Virus record (IMG/VR): IMGVR_UViG_3300033066_001156
Origin: a virus
DNA length: 64,000 bases
Strand: one strand, 5' to 3'
The position numbers and the translations under genes are program-made. Below are positions 25,782 through 34,581 of this stretch, one piece after another (positions within the stretch are counted from its first letter, which is position 1; each line of letters starts with the position of its first letter). The notes under the pieces are model-generated. The model had not been told where the DNA came from and did no database searches. It saw only the letters and a list, made by a program, of their open reading frames with translations.

Positions 25782-28415
25782 GTGACTCTTCAACGAACGG
25801 CTCACATTTTTGAAGACCAACGGCCCCTAACCGGCCCATGGTTTCTTTGGGACAAGGGTCAAGGGAGATTGACCGGGTCTTTTTCTCCGGTTGCTGGTGC
25901 CTCTATTCTGGCCTTTGTGGACCCTTCTCGTGGGATAGTCGACCTGGATCCCGATTACCTGAAAACGCAAACCAGATACCCTGGTCTTTCTAACTTCAAT
26001 GGCAATAATCGACCTAAGGATTCCTGGACTATTCCTTACGGGTCGAGTAAACTCTCTGGCTCACCCCGTCTTGTCAGAAACATTTTCAAAACCCTCCTTA
26101 AATCCAACGCTCTAAGTGAGGATTGGAAAATCGAGAACTCCCCAGAGTATAGGGGTCAGAGTGTTGGGGACGTTCTCAGGGAGAACCGCCCAGATCCAGT
26201 GGATGAAATATCCTCTAAGTCTGTTGGATCCGTCATTCTTTATCACGGGACGAGTGCCAAACGTTGGGACACAATTAAGGTAAAAGGTCTAAAGCCTGGG
26301 TCCCCTACTGGATTCGGAGAGGACCCCTACATTGATCAGGTGAAAGGGTACTCCGACCGCAATATCTATTTGTCTTCATCTATCCCGGAAGCTGAAAAAT
26401 ATGCCACAAGAGCTGCAATCGTCGATCGGTCGAAAGCGGTAGTCCTGGCCGTAACTGTGAATGATTTCACTAGATTCCTTCTGGATGAAGACACCGCGGG
26501 TGTCCTAGAGTTGGATGGGTGGCGGTATCAATTCTCGGGTGATGCCTACCAAATACAGGAAGATGGGAGGGTCTCAATTAAGAAATGGCGTTTGGGCCCT
26601 AACGCTTCATACATTCAGGATTTGTTCCAACGGAACACTTTGCTCGGACTCCGGAAGGGCAAAACAATCGCCTATCGTGGGGCTATTCGACCTTCCAATC
26701 TTAAGGTAGTTGAAATCTATAAGCCGGTGAAGATTAAAAACGACCCGAAGTACCATCACACTACTGCTGATTCGGAGTCCTTTGCAGAAGGGATGAGAAA
26801 AGTGCGGGAAAATATGACATACCCGAAAAAAGCCTCCGTTACGGGGTTCCCGGAATTTGAGATTGGGAGAGTGAAGTTTATTCTGATGGTGGATAGGCCG
26901 GATCTTGTTCCATCTTACATGACTTACTTCACGCGAGCTTACAGAGTCATCAAGAATGGTGGGTTTGACAAGTTCTGGTATGGGTTGGTTTTCCTTAGCC
27001 CGGATTTGGAAACCTTATCCGAAGTGAAGATTCGCTCCTACGAGGCTTCCGGGTATAAACGCCATTTTGTCGAGCATCGTGCGGGTTACTATATATCTGA
27101 TCAGGACATTATGGCTTTTACTCAACCTCTCAGCTCATGGTTGGTTAATTCCATGGTCCACGAAATAGGCCATAGGTATTGGTTCAAGGGGATGGGGTCG
27201 GAACAACGTCTTCGGTTTCAACACCTCATCAAATTGCCAAAAGTTGTAAAGCCCCCGGTCATCATTCCGTTCAGTAAGGCTACGGATGTGATGGATAAGA
27301 TTGACGGATTTGCAAACGTAGTCAAGGCCGTGCTAAAGAAGTTTCTCTCCACCCGCATAACCTTCTATCCGAAAATCCTGAAAGCATTCGATACCCCACT
27401 GTTTGAAGCTGGTCGTATTTTCCATCGCAATCTTACGGATGTACTTCAAGAGCTTGGTGTTAGATATAACTCAAAATTAGATGCTTCAAGGGAGATGGTT
27501 TTTACTGCCGGGTCAGGATTTTTTCGGCGCATGTCCGAAGCCCCTGAGTTTCTCAATCGGCAGATGTCTACCTACATGGCTTCGGATACCGGAGATACTC
27601 TCACACAAGAGGCGTTAGCTGCTGAATTCAAGCGACAACAGAAAATCTGGGTGGCCGACACTTTGAGACAGCTTGATGATGTCGTGGATGTAGCCTACGG
27701 CTACGCGGGCTTTGCTGTTCGCACACATAATGAAGAGGAAGAGGCGGAGTACACCAATCGCCTGAACGCCATTCCTGGGGGGGAAATAGAGCCCGTATCG
27801 GACTATGGTCAAAGCAACATCGTGGAGGCTTTCGCCGAAGCTTTTGTCTATTACCTGATGGGTGATAGTATGAGCTACGATCAGAAGGAAAGTTTCAAGT
27901 CTGTTCTGACACGGACGGCTGACCTGAGCCCACCTTTAGGGGGTGGTCCTTGTCGTGTTGTGGATAGAATTCTCAAAACGGTTAGAGACCCAAGGTTAAG
28001 AAACACCATGGTGGAGGAGGTAGAGGGTGGTCACTCTCTACCCAATTTTGAGGCACGTAAAGTATATCAGTTTGAGACTGAAAAAGGTAGTGCCTTCAAA
28101 AGTTTCTCCATCACCCCACATGCTCAGTATCGGATGGATTTGAGGGGTATCACTGTCAAAGATGTTGCTCAGGCATTGGATTCATTTGCCGCCCGTCTGG
28201 TTTCCGTCAAAGGTACCCCGGCGTTTGAGTGGTACATGAAACAGGAAACCATAACCTGGATGGATCCAAGGACAAGACTTGAGGTGGCTTTTGGTATGGG
28301 GGACGGCAATCTCAATATTATCACCACATATTGGAAGGGGAAGAAAGATCCTCCTCCTACCAACTGTAGAGTGGAACGAGTTGCTGGAAGATATCTTACT
28401 GCTTCTTCTTGCTAG
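25782..28415 (+). CDS. Two-domain protein: N-terminal ART-fold domain (Tpt1/KptA-like HGT motif) plus C-terminal anthrax-lethal-factor/MtfA-like zinc metallopeptidase domain
   Basis: GTG start; SVILYHGTSAKRWDTIKVKGL...NIYLSSSIPEAEKYATRAA resembles KptA LYHGTASRFLDEIKKQGL...YVHLSADEATARK; HEIGH at about aa 470 and downstream EAFAEAFVYY as in LF HEFGH...EFFAEAF. Confidence 0.65.
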   Translation: MTLQRTAHIFEDQRPLTGPWFLWDKGQGRLTGSFSPVAGASILAFVDPSRGIVDLDPDYLKTQTRYPGLSNFNGNNRPKDSWTIPYGSSKLSGSPRLVRNIFKTLLKSNALSEDWKIENSPEYRGQSVGDVLRENRPDPVDEISSKSVGSVILYHGTSAKRWDTIKVKGLKPGSPTGFGEDPYIDQVKGYSDRNIYLSSSIPEAEKYATRAAIVDRSKAVVLAVTVNDFTRFLLDEDTAGVLELDGWRYQFSGDAYQIQEDGRVSIKKWRLGPNASYIQDLFQRNTLLGLRKGKTIAYRGAIRPSNLKVVEIYKPVKIKNDPKYHHTTADSESFAEGMRKVRENMTYPKKASVTGFPEFEIGRVKFILMVDRPDLVPSYMTYFTRAYRVIKNGGFDKFWYGLVFLSPDLETLSEVKIRSYEASGYKRHFVEHRAGYYISDQDIMAFTQPLSSWLVNSMVHEIGHRYWFKGMGSEQRLRFQHLIKLPKVVKPPVIIPFSKATDVMDKIDGFANVVKAVLKKFLSTRITFYPKILKAFDTPLFEAGRIFHRNLTDVLQELGVRYNSKLDASREMVFTAGSGFFRRMSEAPEFLNRQMSTYMASDTGDTLTQEALAAEFKRQQKIWVADTLRQLDDVVDVAYGYAGFAVRTHNEEEEAEYTNRLNAIPGGEIEPVSDYGQSNIVEAFAEAFVYYLMGDSMSYDQKESFKSVLTRTADLSPPLGGGPCRVVDRILKTVRDPRLRNTMVEEVEGGHSLPNFEARKVYQFETEKGSAFKSFSITPHAQYRMDLRGITVKDVAQALDSFAARLVSVKGTPAFEWYMKQETITWMDPRTRLEVAFGMGDGNLNIITTYWKGKKDPPPTNCRVERVAGRYLTASSC

Positions 28416-28870
28416 TCTTCCACTGGTTTCCGCCAGTAGCTATCAATCATCTCTTCCATTGTTTTCTTCCCCTCGGGATTCATGCTGTGCACTTTCGGTT
28501 TTTGAACCGGCCATATCCCCGTTTCCTTCATCCAGGATACTAAAGATCGTCCGTCCGGTACATGCGGACAATGGATGAGAGACCCATCAGTAGCTAGGCA
28601 GTTCTTACATGCCCCCATATCGTGATCGAGGGAAGCCTCCTCTATTTTGTACTTGGACATGATGGAAATGGCCTCCTCAACTGTTCTGGCCAGATGCCAT
28701 CCTACTGGACATTTCCTTACATCGTCCATGTAGAGCCGAACCTTGAATCCCTGGTTCAAGTTGATTGGTGGGGGGATGGTGCCTCTCACGAGATATGTCC
28801 GAACCTCTTCTCCCATTCCGCTATCACTTGCTCGGTTGGTCGGGGCAATTTGATGGTTTTCACAAACCAT
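28412..28870 (-). CDS. Receiver (CheY-like)-fold domain protein, paralogue 1 (possibly cyclic-phosphate-processing-receiver-like)
   Basis: KVRLYMDDVR...GWHLARTVEEAISIM...ASLDHDMG...HSMNPEGKKTM; collinear with ORF 40591..41037. Confidence 0.55.
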   Translation of the reverse strand: MVCENHQIAPTNRASDSGMGEEVRTYLVRGTIPPPINLNQGFKVRLYMDDVRKCPVGWHLARTVEEAISIMSKYKIEEASLDHDMGACKNCLATDGSLIHCPHVPDGRSLVSWMKETGIWPVQKPKVHSMNPEGKKTMEEMIDSYWRKPVED

Positions 28871-29160
28871 TTGTGATTTCTGTAGGTGATTTCTGCTAGG
28901 CAGGTTCTACCCGGCTCAATGTTTCCTGACACATCATGTGCTACAGGGTAGGTCACCCTAATCCCTTCATCCTCAACCCCGGCGACACCATTCTGAATCA
29001 CGATTTTTCCGTGGAACCACTGATTGTTGGGTATCTCGTCCCCTTCTGGTAGCACACCTTCCTTAACCCACCGCTGCAAGAGTTTGGTTTTCTCTTCACG
29101 CTCGGCATCATCAAGCTCACGGTCCAAAGCTCGAATCAGATATTTTTCACGTTCATTCAT
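28786..29160 (-). CDS. Hypothetical protein
   Basis: ORF from MNEREKYLIRALD...; ATGA overlap with the upstream minus-strand ORF. Confidence 0.4.
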   Translation of the reverse strand: MNEREKYLIRALDRELDDAEREEKTKLLQRWVKEGVLPEGDEIPNNQWFHGKIVIQNGVAGVEDEGIRVTYPVAHDVSGNIEPGRTCLAEITYRNHKWFVKTIKLPRPTEQVIAEWEKRFGHIS

Positions 29161-29375
29161 GAGATCACCAGAACCTCTACGGCCACTTCCCCATCGCCCG
29201 CGTTCTCTTCCCCATACCACATCCAGTATTCCACAGCATACCTACCCTTTGTCTTGCCCGCTGTAGCCCTGGATGCTTCACACTCCCTGTAAGAATGATC
29301 GTGCCCGGGGCTTAGGACCGGAGTGTTGTCAGGTAGGTCTTGGATGATAGCCCGCAATTTTCCAACAGTTAGCAT
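29157..29375 (-). CDS. Hypothetical small protein
   Basis: 72-aa ORF in the minus-strand gene block. Confidence 0.35.
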   Translation of the reverse strand: MLTVGKLRAIIQDLPDNTPVLSPGHDHSYRECEASRATAGKTKGRYAVEYWMWYGEENAGDGEVAVEVLVIS

Positions 29376-29406
29376 GATTTCTTTACACTAGCAATTAGAA
29401 ACTTGG

Positions 29407-29760
29407 TTACTGCACACCCTCAATAATCACACCCTCCACTGACACGTATTCCTTGCCAGCTTTGACCGCGTCATATCCCAGTTCCATTATGGCACTGATT
29501 AGGGAATCACGAACCTCGCGGAGTTTGTCGTCGTCATCAAGCGGGTCGAGTGTGTCTACTCTAAGTGTCAGTCGTTTGCCCCCAATGGGTGAGGGCACAA
29601 GCCACTCAGGGCGATACCACACCACGCCAATGGGTGGTTTTTTTCCGCCTCGGGCATATCTCTCTGCAATATGTGGGGTTGATGGTTGGTACGCACGGTG
29701 GTGAAAGGAGAATCCCTTAGACCGAAGATATTTGGCAATGCGGTTAATGGTGGGTGTCAC
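29407..29760 (-). CDS. Hypothetical protein
   Basis: 117-aa ORF in the minus-strand block, 4-nt overlap with the Dam-like gene. Confidence 0.45.
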   Translation of the reverse strand: MTPTINRIAKYLRSKGFSFHHRAYQPSTPHIAERYARGGKKPPIGVVWYRPEWLVPSPIGGKRLTLRVDTLDPLDDDDKLREVRDSLISAIMELGYDAVKAGKEYVSVEGVIIEGVQ

Positions 29761-30497
29761 AAAAGGTTTACACTTTTACCCTTGGTTGTGGTCTTATTCT
29801 TTAGTGGGGATGCACACTGACCTAAGGTCCCGTGAACCGATCCATCGGTGCCTAGTAGGTCTACTTCAAACAGGCACCAATTAGTGGTGGAGGTGATTTC
29901 AGAGGGGGAGAGAGATTTTCCTCGTACCAGATACTTCTCGGAGGGGTTCTCTTCGTCCGTCTCTTCTTCTACCCTAGCGTAGACCCTTACAATGCTTTGA
30001 ACTGTGTGGATTTCCCCATCACAACCTTCGTACTTGTCGCCAGGGATTCTTGTCGCAGCCCACAGGAGAAGGTTGCGGGTCTCCTCCGGTCTTCTGGACC
30101 AGAATTGAAGAGCAAGGGGTCCCAAGTAAAGTGGTGCAGATGCTATTTCTCTGAAGCATGTTTTATTCAGATAGATGAAGGCGGCAGCAGCTTCTACTCC
30201 GCGAAGGCGACCAAAACCATCCCTGATCCTGTAGTAGTCCTCTTTGGTATTGGGCATGGTGTCCAGACAACTGGCAACCGACTCCCACCGATCTCTGATG
30301 GCTCTCCAAGTCTCTATAAGGCTTTCGTTATGATCAGCCAGAATTGGGTTTGGAGCACAGTGGGACAGATACATCCCACCGGCTCCAAGAAATGGCTCAA
30401 AATAAGTGTTGAATTTCTTGGGGAAATGTTTGAGGATAATCGGGGCTAGATCACTTTTCCCACCCACCCATTTTAGAAAGGGTTTAGGTTCAGTCAC
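29757..30497 (-). CDS. Dam-like D12-class N6-adenine methyltransferase homologue (catalytic DPPY motif not found)
   Basis: GTG start in GTGA overlap with the tdk stop; KPFLKWVGGKSDL and YFEPFLGAGGMYL (motifs X and I) and FIYLNKTCF; no [DNS]PP[YF] anywhere in the ORF. Confidence 0.65.
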   Translation of the reverse strand: MTEPKPFLKWVGGKSDLAPIILKHFPKKFNTYFEPFLGAGGMYLSHCAPNPILADHNESLIETWRAIRDRWESVASCLDTMPNTKEDYYRIRDGFGRLRGVEAAAAFIYLNKTCFREIASAPLYLGPLALQFWSRRPEETRNLLLWAATRIPGDKYEGCDGEIHTVQSIVRVYARVEEETDEENPSEKYLVRGKSLSPSEITSTTNWCLFEVDLLGTDGSVHGTLGQCASPLKNKTTTKGKSVNLL

Positions 30498-31039
30498 TTT
30501 CTCTTCTCCAACCAGCAGCCAAAACAAGCCGCCTCATAGAGCTCATCACCACCTACGACTATGGCTTCCGTCTTTTTCCCTTTGAAGAGGGTTTGGGTAG
30601 CATCCCTACCGCAAGAACATATCGCTGTGATTTTCTCGATTCTGTCAGCTCTTGCGAGTAGGTCCCCCATGGGACCAAAGGTATCACCCTCACTGGTTGT
30701 GTCCAATCCAGCGACAACCACTTCAAGACCTCTGGTTTTCAGCTCCATGGCGACATCTACCAGGAGAGGGTCGAAGAGTTGCGCTTCATCAATGATAACG
30801 GACGTGATGTCTTTGGGGACCTCACGAAGAATATCGTATGATGCGTCAACGGCTTTGGGTGTGATGCCTAATGAGGCCAACGATTGACCCCCATGGGTTA
30901 CAACTTGACCAGAACTTCTGGTGTCGGTCTTAGGTACGACAACCAGGATTTTCTTATGGGCCCGAAGAGCCCTGGCTACATATCGATAGATTGCGGATGA
31001 TTTGCCGGAAAACATCGGGCCACAAATAACAATCAGCAT
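30494..31039 (-). CDS. tdk: Thymidine kinase
   Basis: P-loop GPMFSGKS, IDEAQLF, VAGLDTTSEGDTFGP, zinc ligands CSCG...CFGC. Confidence 0.85.
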   Translation of the reverse strand: MLIVICGPMFSGKSSAIYRYVARALRAHKKILVVVPKTDTRSSGQVVTHGGQSLASLGITPKAVDASYDILREVPKDITSVIIDEAQLFDPLLVDVAMELKTRGLEVVVAGLDTTSEGDTFGPMGDLLARADRIEKITAICSCGRDATQTLFKGKKTEAIVVGGDELYEAACFGCWLEKRK

Positions 31040-31115
31040 ACGGTCTCCGAAGTAAGGGGTTCCATAAGGAACCTTACGACGAAGAACGGATCAACCGCGA
31101 TAGGTACCTAACCCC

Positions 31116-31397
31116 TCAGCAATGAGTGAGAGCATCCAATTCATTTTCTGCATTTCGGATGATGGATGTCAACTCGCGGATTTTTGCTTTCACTGCTTCA
31201 TCCGGGACGGCATTGTGTGGCACGATACTCTCCGTGCAGGTCCACCCACCGGGTCCGCAGATAAGATCAGCTTTCTCTCGTGCTATCTCGGAGGCATTGT
31301 CCCCCGAAGGTTTCTGCTGACCCCAGTAGACCCATTCTGTATGACCGCCTCCTGCACCATGAAATCGATAATCGAGTTTAATCCACCACAGATTCAT
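31116..31397 (-). CDS. Hypothetical small protein
   Basis: 93-aa ORF in the minus-strand block. Confidence 0.35.
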   Translation of the reverse strand: MNLWWIKLDYRFHGAGGGHTEWVYWGQQKPSGDNASEIAREKADLICGPGGWTCTESIVPHNAVPDEAVKAKIRELTSIIRNAENELDALTHC

Positions 31398-31614
31398 ACA
31401 AACCTTTCCTTACCCGCAAAGGAACAAGACAACACTCGAAAAAGCTCTCCATTTTCCCGCCCACTCTTGCGGCATACAAACGAGCTTTATCAAATTCTTT
31501 TCTCTCACATTTCATAGCCCATCGTATCAACCTAGCTTCTACCTCTTCCGAGTGTAGAGAGTATCGTTTTTCTTTCCATTCCCAGAGGGTTTTCCAGACT
31601 CTGGATGTTTTCAT
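31378..31614 (-). CDS. Hypothetical small protein
   Basis: 78-aa ORF, 4-nt overlap with the upstream gene. Confidence 0.3.
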   Translation of the reverse strand: MKTSRVWKTLWEWKEKRYSLHSEEVEARLIRWAMKCERKEFDKARLYAARVGGKMESFFECCLVPLRVRKGLYESVVD

Positions 31615-32561
31615 TTTACCCTCTTCAATTTGATGAATTCCCGCCCAAAATATTGGGTCTTTGTTTTGGTTCGTCGCATGGTGGCTAGTGGCTGGTTGTA
31701 GAAAGCAGAAATTCTTTCCTCAGTCTCTGCGGTCATTCCACACGGAGTGTTTCCGTAGGATTGACGGATTGCTTTTACCGTGGATTTCCCTTCAACAAGC
31801 CACAGTTTGACGCCCTTGAAAGCCTCAGCGATGATCCCTACCGCCCATTCCAGGTAGGGTCGTTTGATGTGGTACAGCCATCTGTTACCTTTCTTTTCCC
31901 GAAGTTGAACCTGAGAGATAAGAACACCACATCGGGCCAGGGCAATACCGATAGTCAGAACGTGTTGCCCCTTGTAGTAGACGAGAACGCCAAATGTTCC
32001 GTCAAGGTATAGGGGTTTCTCCCCACGAAGGTGGACTGCAGGGCCGAACTCATTGAAATACGAGGACCAAGTCAAACGAACTTCGAACCCGGGATCCTCC
32101 ACTTTGAGGGACCCCAAATGGTTAAGGTATCGGGTAACGAGTCTGTAGCTATTCAAGCACCCATATCGCCAGATGGATGATTTGATCTTTGCTTGAACGG
32201 GGTTCTCTTTCTCCCATTCGTCACACCATGAAGCCATCCATCGCATGTCATTGTGAATACGCGACAGTTCATTGGAGGTGAATGTAGCTTTCAATACCTC
32301 TAGGGGTACATTTGTGATTACGTACGTGGGGTCACTGGGGTAATCTTCTAGTTCCCGTACCCACTGGTACTCACTACCAGTAAGAGGGTGGTTTCGCAGT
32401 CTCTCTACAATGTTCTGAACGGGACCCTGGTTGGGGTCTACCTCATTCGAAATCTCCGAGATTTTAGGGGGCAGTGTAGAGAAGGGATCCTTTTTCATAG
32501 CTTTCAGCCTCGGACCTGTAATTAGCAAGAATCCACCAGGAATGGTCGGATTTATGTTCAA
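31611..32561 (-). CDS. Hypothetical protein
   Basis: 316-aa ORF in the minus-strand block. Confidence 0.45.
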   Translation of the reverse strand: MNINPTIPGGFLLITGPRLKAMKKDPFSTLPPKISEISNEVDPNQGPVQNIVERLRNHPLTGSEYQWVRELEDYPSDPTYVITNVPLEVLKATFTSNELSRIHNDMRWMASWCDEWEKENPVQAKIKSSIWRYGCLNSYRLVTRYLNHLGSLKVEDPGFEVRLTWSSYFNEFGPAVHLRGEKPLYLDGTFGVLVYYKGQHVLTIGIALARCGVLISQVQLREKKGNRWLYHIKRPYLEWAVGIIAEAFKGVKLWLVEGKSTVKAIRQSYGNTPCGMTAETEERISAFYNQPLATMRRTKTKTQYFGREFIKLKRVK

Positions 32562-32958
32562 TGACTCCCCATTTTTTTTGAAGAGCCAAGCTCACATTGA
32601 GGGAAGTTATCCCAGAAACCCTTACTCTGGGCATACCATCCATTTCTGGAGACTTCTGAACCCCATCCTCTTCCTGGTAAGCCAAACATTCTGCAGGAGA
32701 TAGGTAGATTGCAGGCCCGTGCACTACTAGGCCAAGATCCATGCCCTTTTCCGCTCTGTGGTTTCTTTTCCCGGAGTTTTTGCCCATCCTCGAATTGTAG
32801 ACCCAGGTTGCTCCGTCTCTAACCTTTTTTATGACCCAGACGGGTCTCCGAAGATTGTGGGTCCTGGCTATCGAAGATAAGATCGTAAGGAAATTATGAC
32901 GATCTGTGGGTGGGTCGACGTTCACGATTTCACCCACTGGCAGAACTATCGTAGACAT
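32464..32958 (-). CDS. Hypothetical protein, tandem paralogue (GAxWW family) copy 1
   Basis: Shares GA.W..G...R...IxGPxxYxSPEE and C-terminal G.P.V...G......L.K..G.......WW with 32959..33396. Confidence 0.45.
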   Translation of the reverse strand: MSTIVLPVGEIVNVDPPTDRHNFLTILSSIARTHNLRRPVWVIKKVRDGATWVYNSRMGKNSGKRNHRAEKGMDLGLVVHGPAIYLSPAECLAYQEEDGVQKSPEMDGMPRVRVSGITSLNVSLALQKKWGVIEHKSDHSWWILANYRSEAESYEKGSLLYTAP

Positions 32959-33396
32959 TTATCCTTTTTTAACGATTTCTGCGGCCAACTGGAGTGCCGC
33001 TTTTGGGACCCACCATGTGTTAGATGTAGCATGACGGATTCCACCCAGCTTCCGAATTTTGTCTCTTACGGTAAACACCATTCCTTGAAGCTGAACCATG
33101 GGCTCCCCGTCAAATTGCCAAGTGTTTTGATTCAAGCTTCTGGCTTCTTCCGGGGACATATAGGCGACGGGTCCCTGGATGGGCTCAGAAATATCCATCA
33201 AAACCTTAGCCCGGTTGTTGGTTGGGCCGCTGGAACCAACCCACCAGATGGCCCCCGACTTGACTTTCACTGGTTTGTATGAATCAGGTTTGCATCCTGA
33301 TTTTTCTTCTAGATCACGGAAAAGAGTCTCTTGGCACTCCAGTTTCGCGAGTGAAAATTCCAGAATTTCCCCTTCGGGGGGGACGAAGGATCCCAT
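32959..33396 (-). CDS. Hypothetical protein, tandem paralogue (GAxWW family) copy 2
   Basis: Start taken at MGSFVPPEGE to avoid overlap with the upstream gene; collinear with the neighbouring paralogue. Confidence 0.45.
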   Translation of the reverse strand: MGSFVPPEGEILEFSLAKLECQETLFRDLEEKSGCKPDSYKPVKVKSGAIWWVGSSGPTNNRAKVLMDISEPIQGPVAYMSPEEARSLNQNTWQFDGEPMVQLQGMVFTVRDKIRKLGGIRHATSNTWWVPKAALQLAAEIVKKG

Positions 33397-33410
33397 ATTG
33401 ACCTCCGCGG

Positions 33411-33989
33411 TTAGGATGAAAGGACAGACATTTCTACCCACTCTAGATCAATTTCGGTCTTCAGTTGATTGAGAAAATCAACATCTCCCGGCAGAAGGAA
33501 GATCACCCGCTGACCCTCATTTCTACCCAATCGAACCATTTCCTGGGCTATCACTTTGGTGACGAAAGGAAGAGAGGCTGTTTCGGTATCTTCAGGAATC
33601 CCAACCATTCCTCCTACGATTGCTTTCGTGGACAGGCCACCAAAATTGACTACCCGAAGTTTACTTTTGTTCTCCCGGAGAATTGTTTTCAGGTCCCCGT
33701 ACCAATCTTTATTTTCGGGGGTGGGGTGGATCCATGTGGTGTTTAGTGTTACCTCACGAATCAAATCCGGGATGCTTGACTCTCGTCGACCTTTAGGGAT
33801 GAGTGATTTGCGCCACGTTGGTACGGAACGAAAAATGGTCCTACCCTTGCTCAGTTGTTCCCGCACGTATTGGTATTCCCGGTGCAAGTTTATGATGTTC
33901 GCAGGGTCACCACTGTGTAGGATAATCCGAGAAGCGCGCCGAACCCACACCCCTCCAATTACCTTTTGGAAAGCTTCAACGAGATTCAT
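33411..33989 (-). CDS. Hypothetical protein
   Basis: 192-aa ORF in the minus-strand block. Confidence 0.45.
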   Translation of the reverse strand: MNLVEAFQKVIGGVWVRRASRIILHSGDPANIINLHREYQYVREQLSKGRTIFRSVPTWRKSLIPKGRRESSIPDLIREVTLNTTWIHPTPENKDWYGDLKTILRENKSKLRVVNFGGLSTKAIVGGMVGIPEDTETASLPFVTKVIAQEMVRLGRNEGQRVIFLLPGDVDFLNQLKTEIDLEWVEMSVLSS

Positions 33990-34161
33990 ACACTACGGGT
34001 CCCTCGAAACACTTAGAGCAGATGAATACTGTTGTTTCGATATCCAACTCTACGACTGCCCATCCATCTGGAAGCCTGTAGGCATCTCCACGACGTTCGA
34101 TTTTGTGGGTTGTGGGACACTCAGAGCAAACGATTTTGTCTTTGCAGTTTTCAACGGTCAT
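33976..34161 (-). CDS. Small zinc-ribbon protein
   Basis: CSEC...CSKC in a 61-aa ORF. Confidence 0.4.
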   Translation of the reverse strand: MTVENCKDKIVCSECPTTHKIERRGDAYRLPDGWAVVELDIETTVFICSKCFEGPVVYESR

Positions 34162-34276
34162 GGGGTCTCCACACTGTATCGTTCGGAATGTGGTTGAACC
34201 AACGGGAGGGGTCTATTTAATTTCAGGCCCTCAAACCTAAATATGAGATCCAAGAACGTACCCTTATTCAAGCTGC

Positions 34277-34311
34277 CTTAAGTATGGGTCCCAAAAGTCC
34301 ACCCATACTTA
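34277..34311. repeat. Perfect 12-bp inverted repeat (hairpin, 11-nt loop)
   Basis: ttaagtatgggt ... acccatacttaa; lies at the 3' end of the minus-strand ORF 34268..34558. Confidence 0.5.
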
Positions 34312-34581
34312 AACTTCGGGCCCCAAACTTAACTACTCTGTGTCCGTCATTTCTGACTTGAAACACATGAAGAGAACCATCACGGCAAAAATAACCCCCA
34401 AGAGGGCAATGGGTACCGAATAGACCCAGGATCCAATGCTCCCTCACAAGACGCATGTATCCTTCTTGTCCCATGAAGTCCTGAAATAGGGACCCAATTG
34501 AACTTGTAAGAAGAATTCCGGCCCAAGCTGAAGACTTAACAATTTCTCTTCTAGTCATTTTTTTCCTCGACTAGGTTACAC

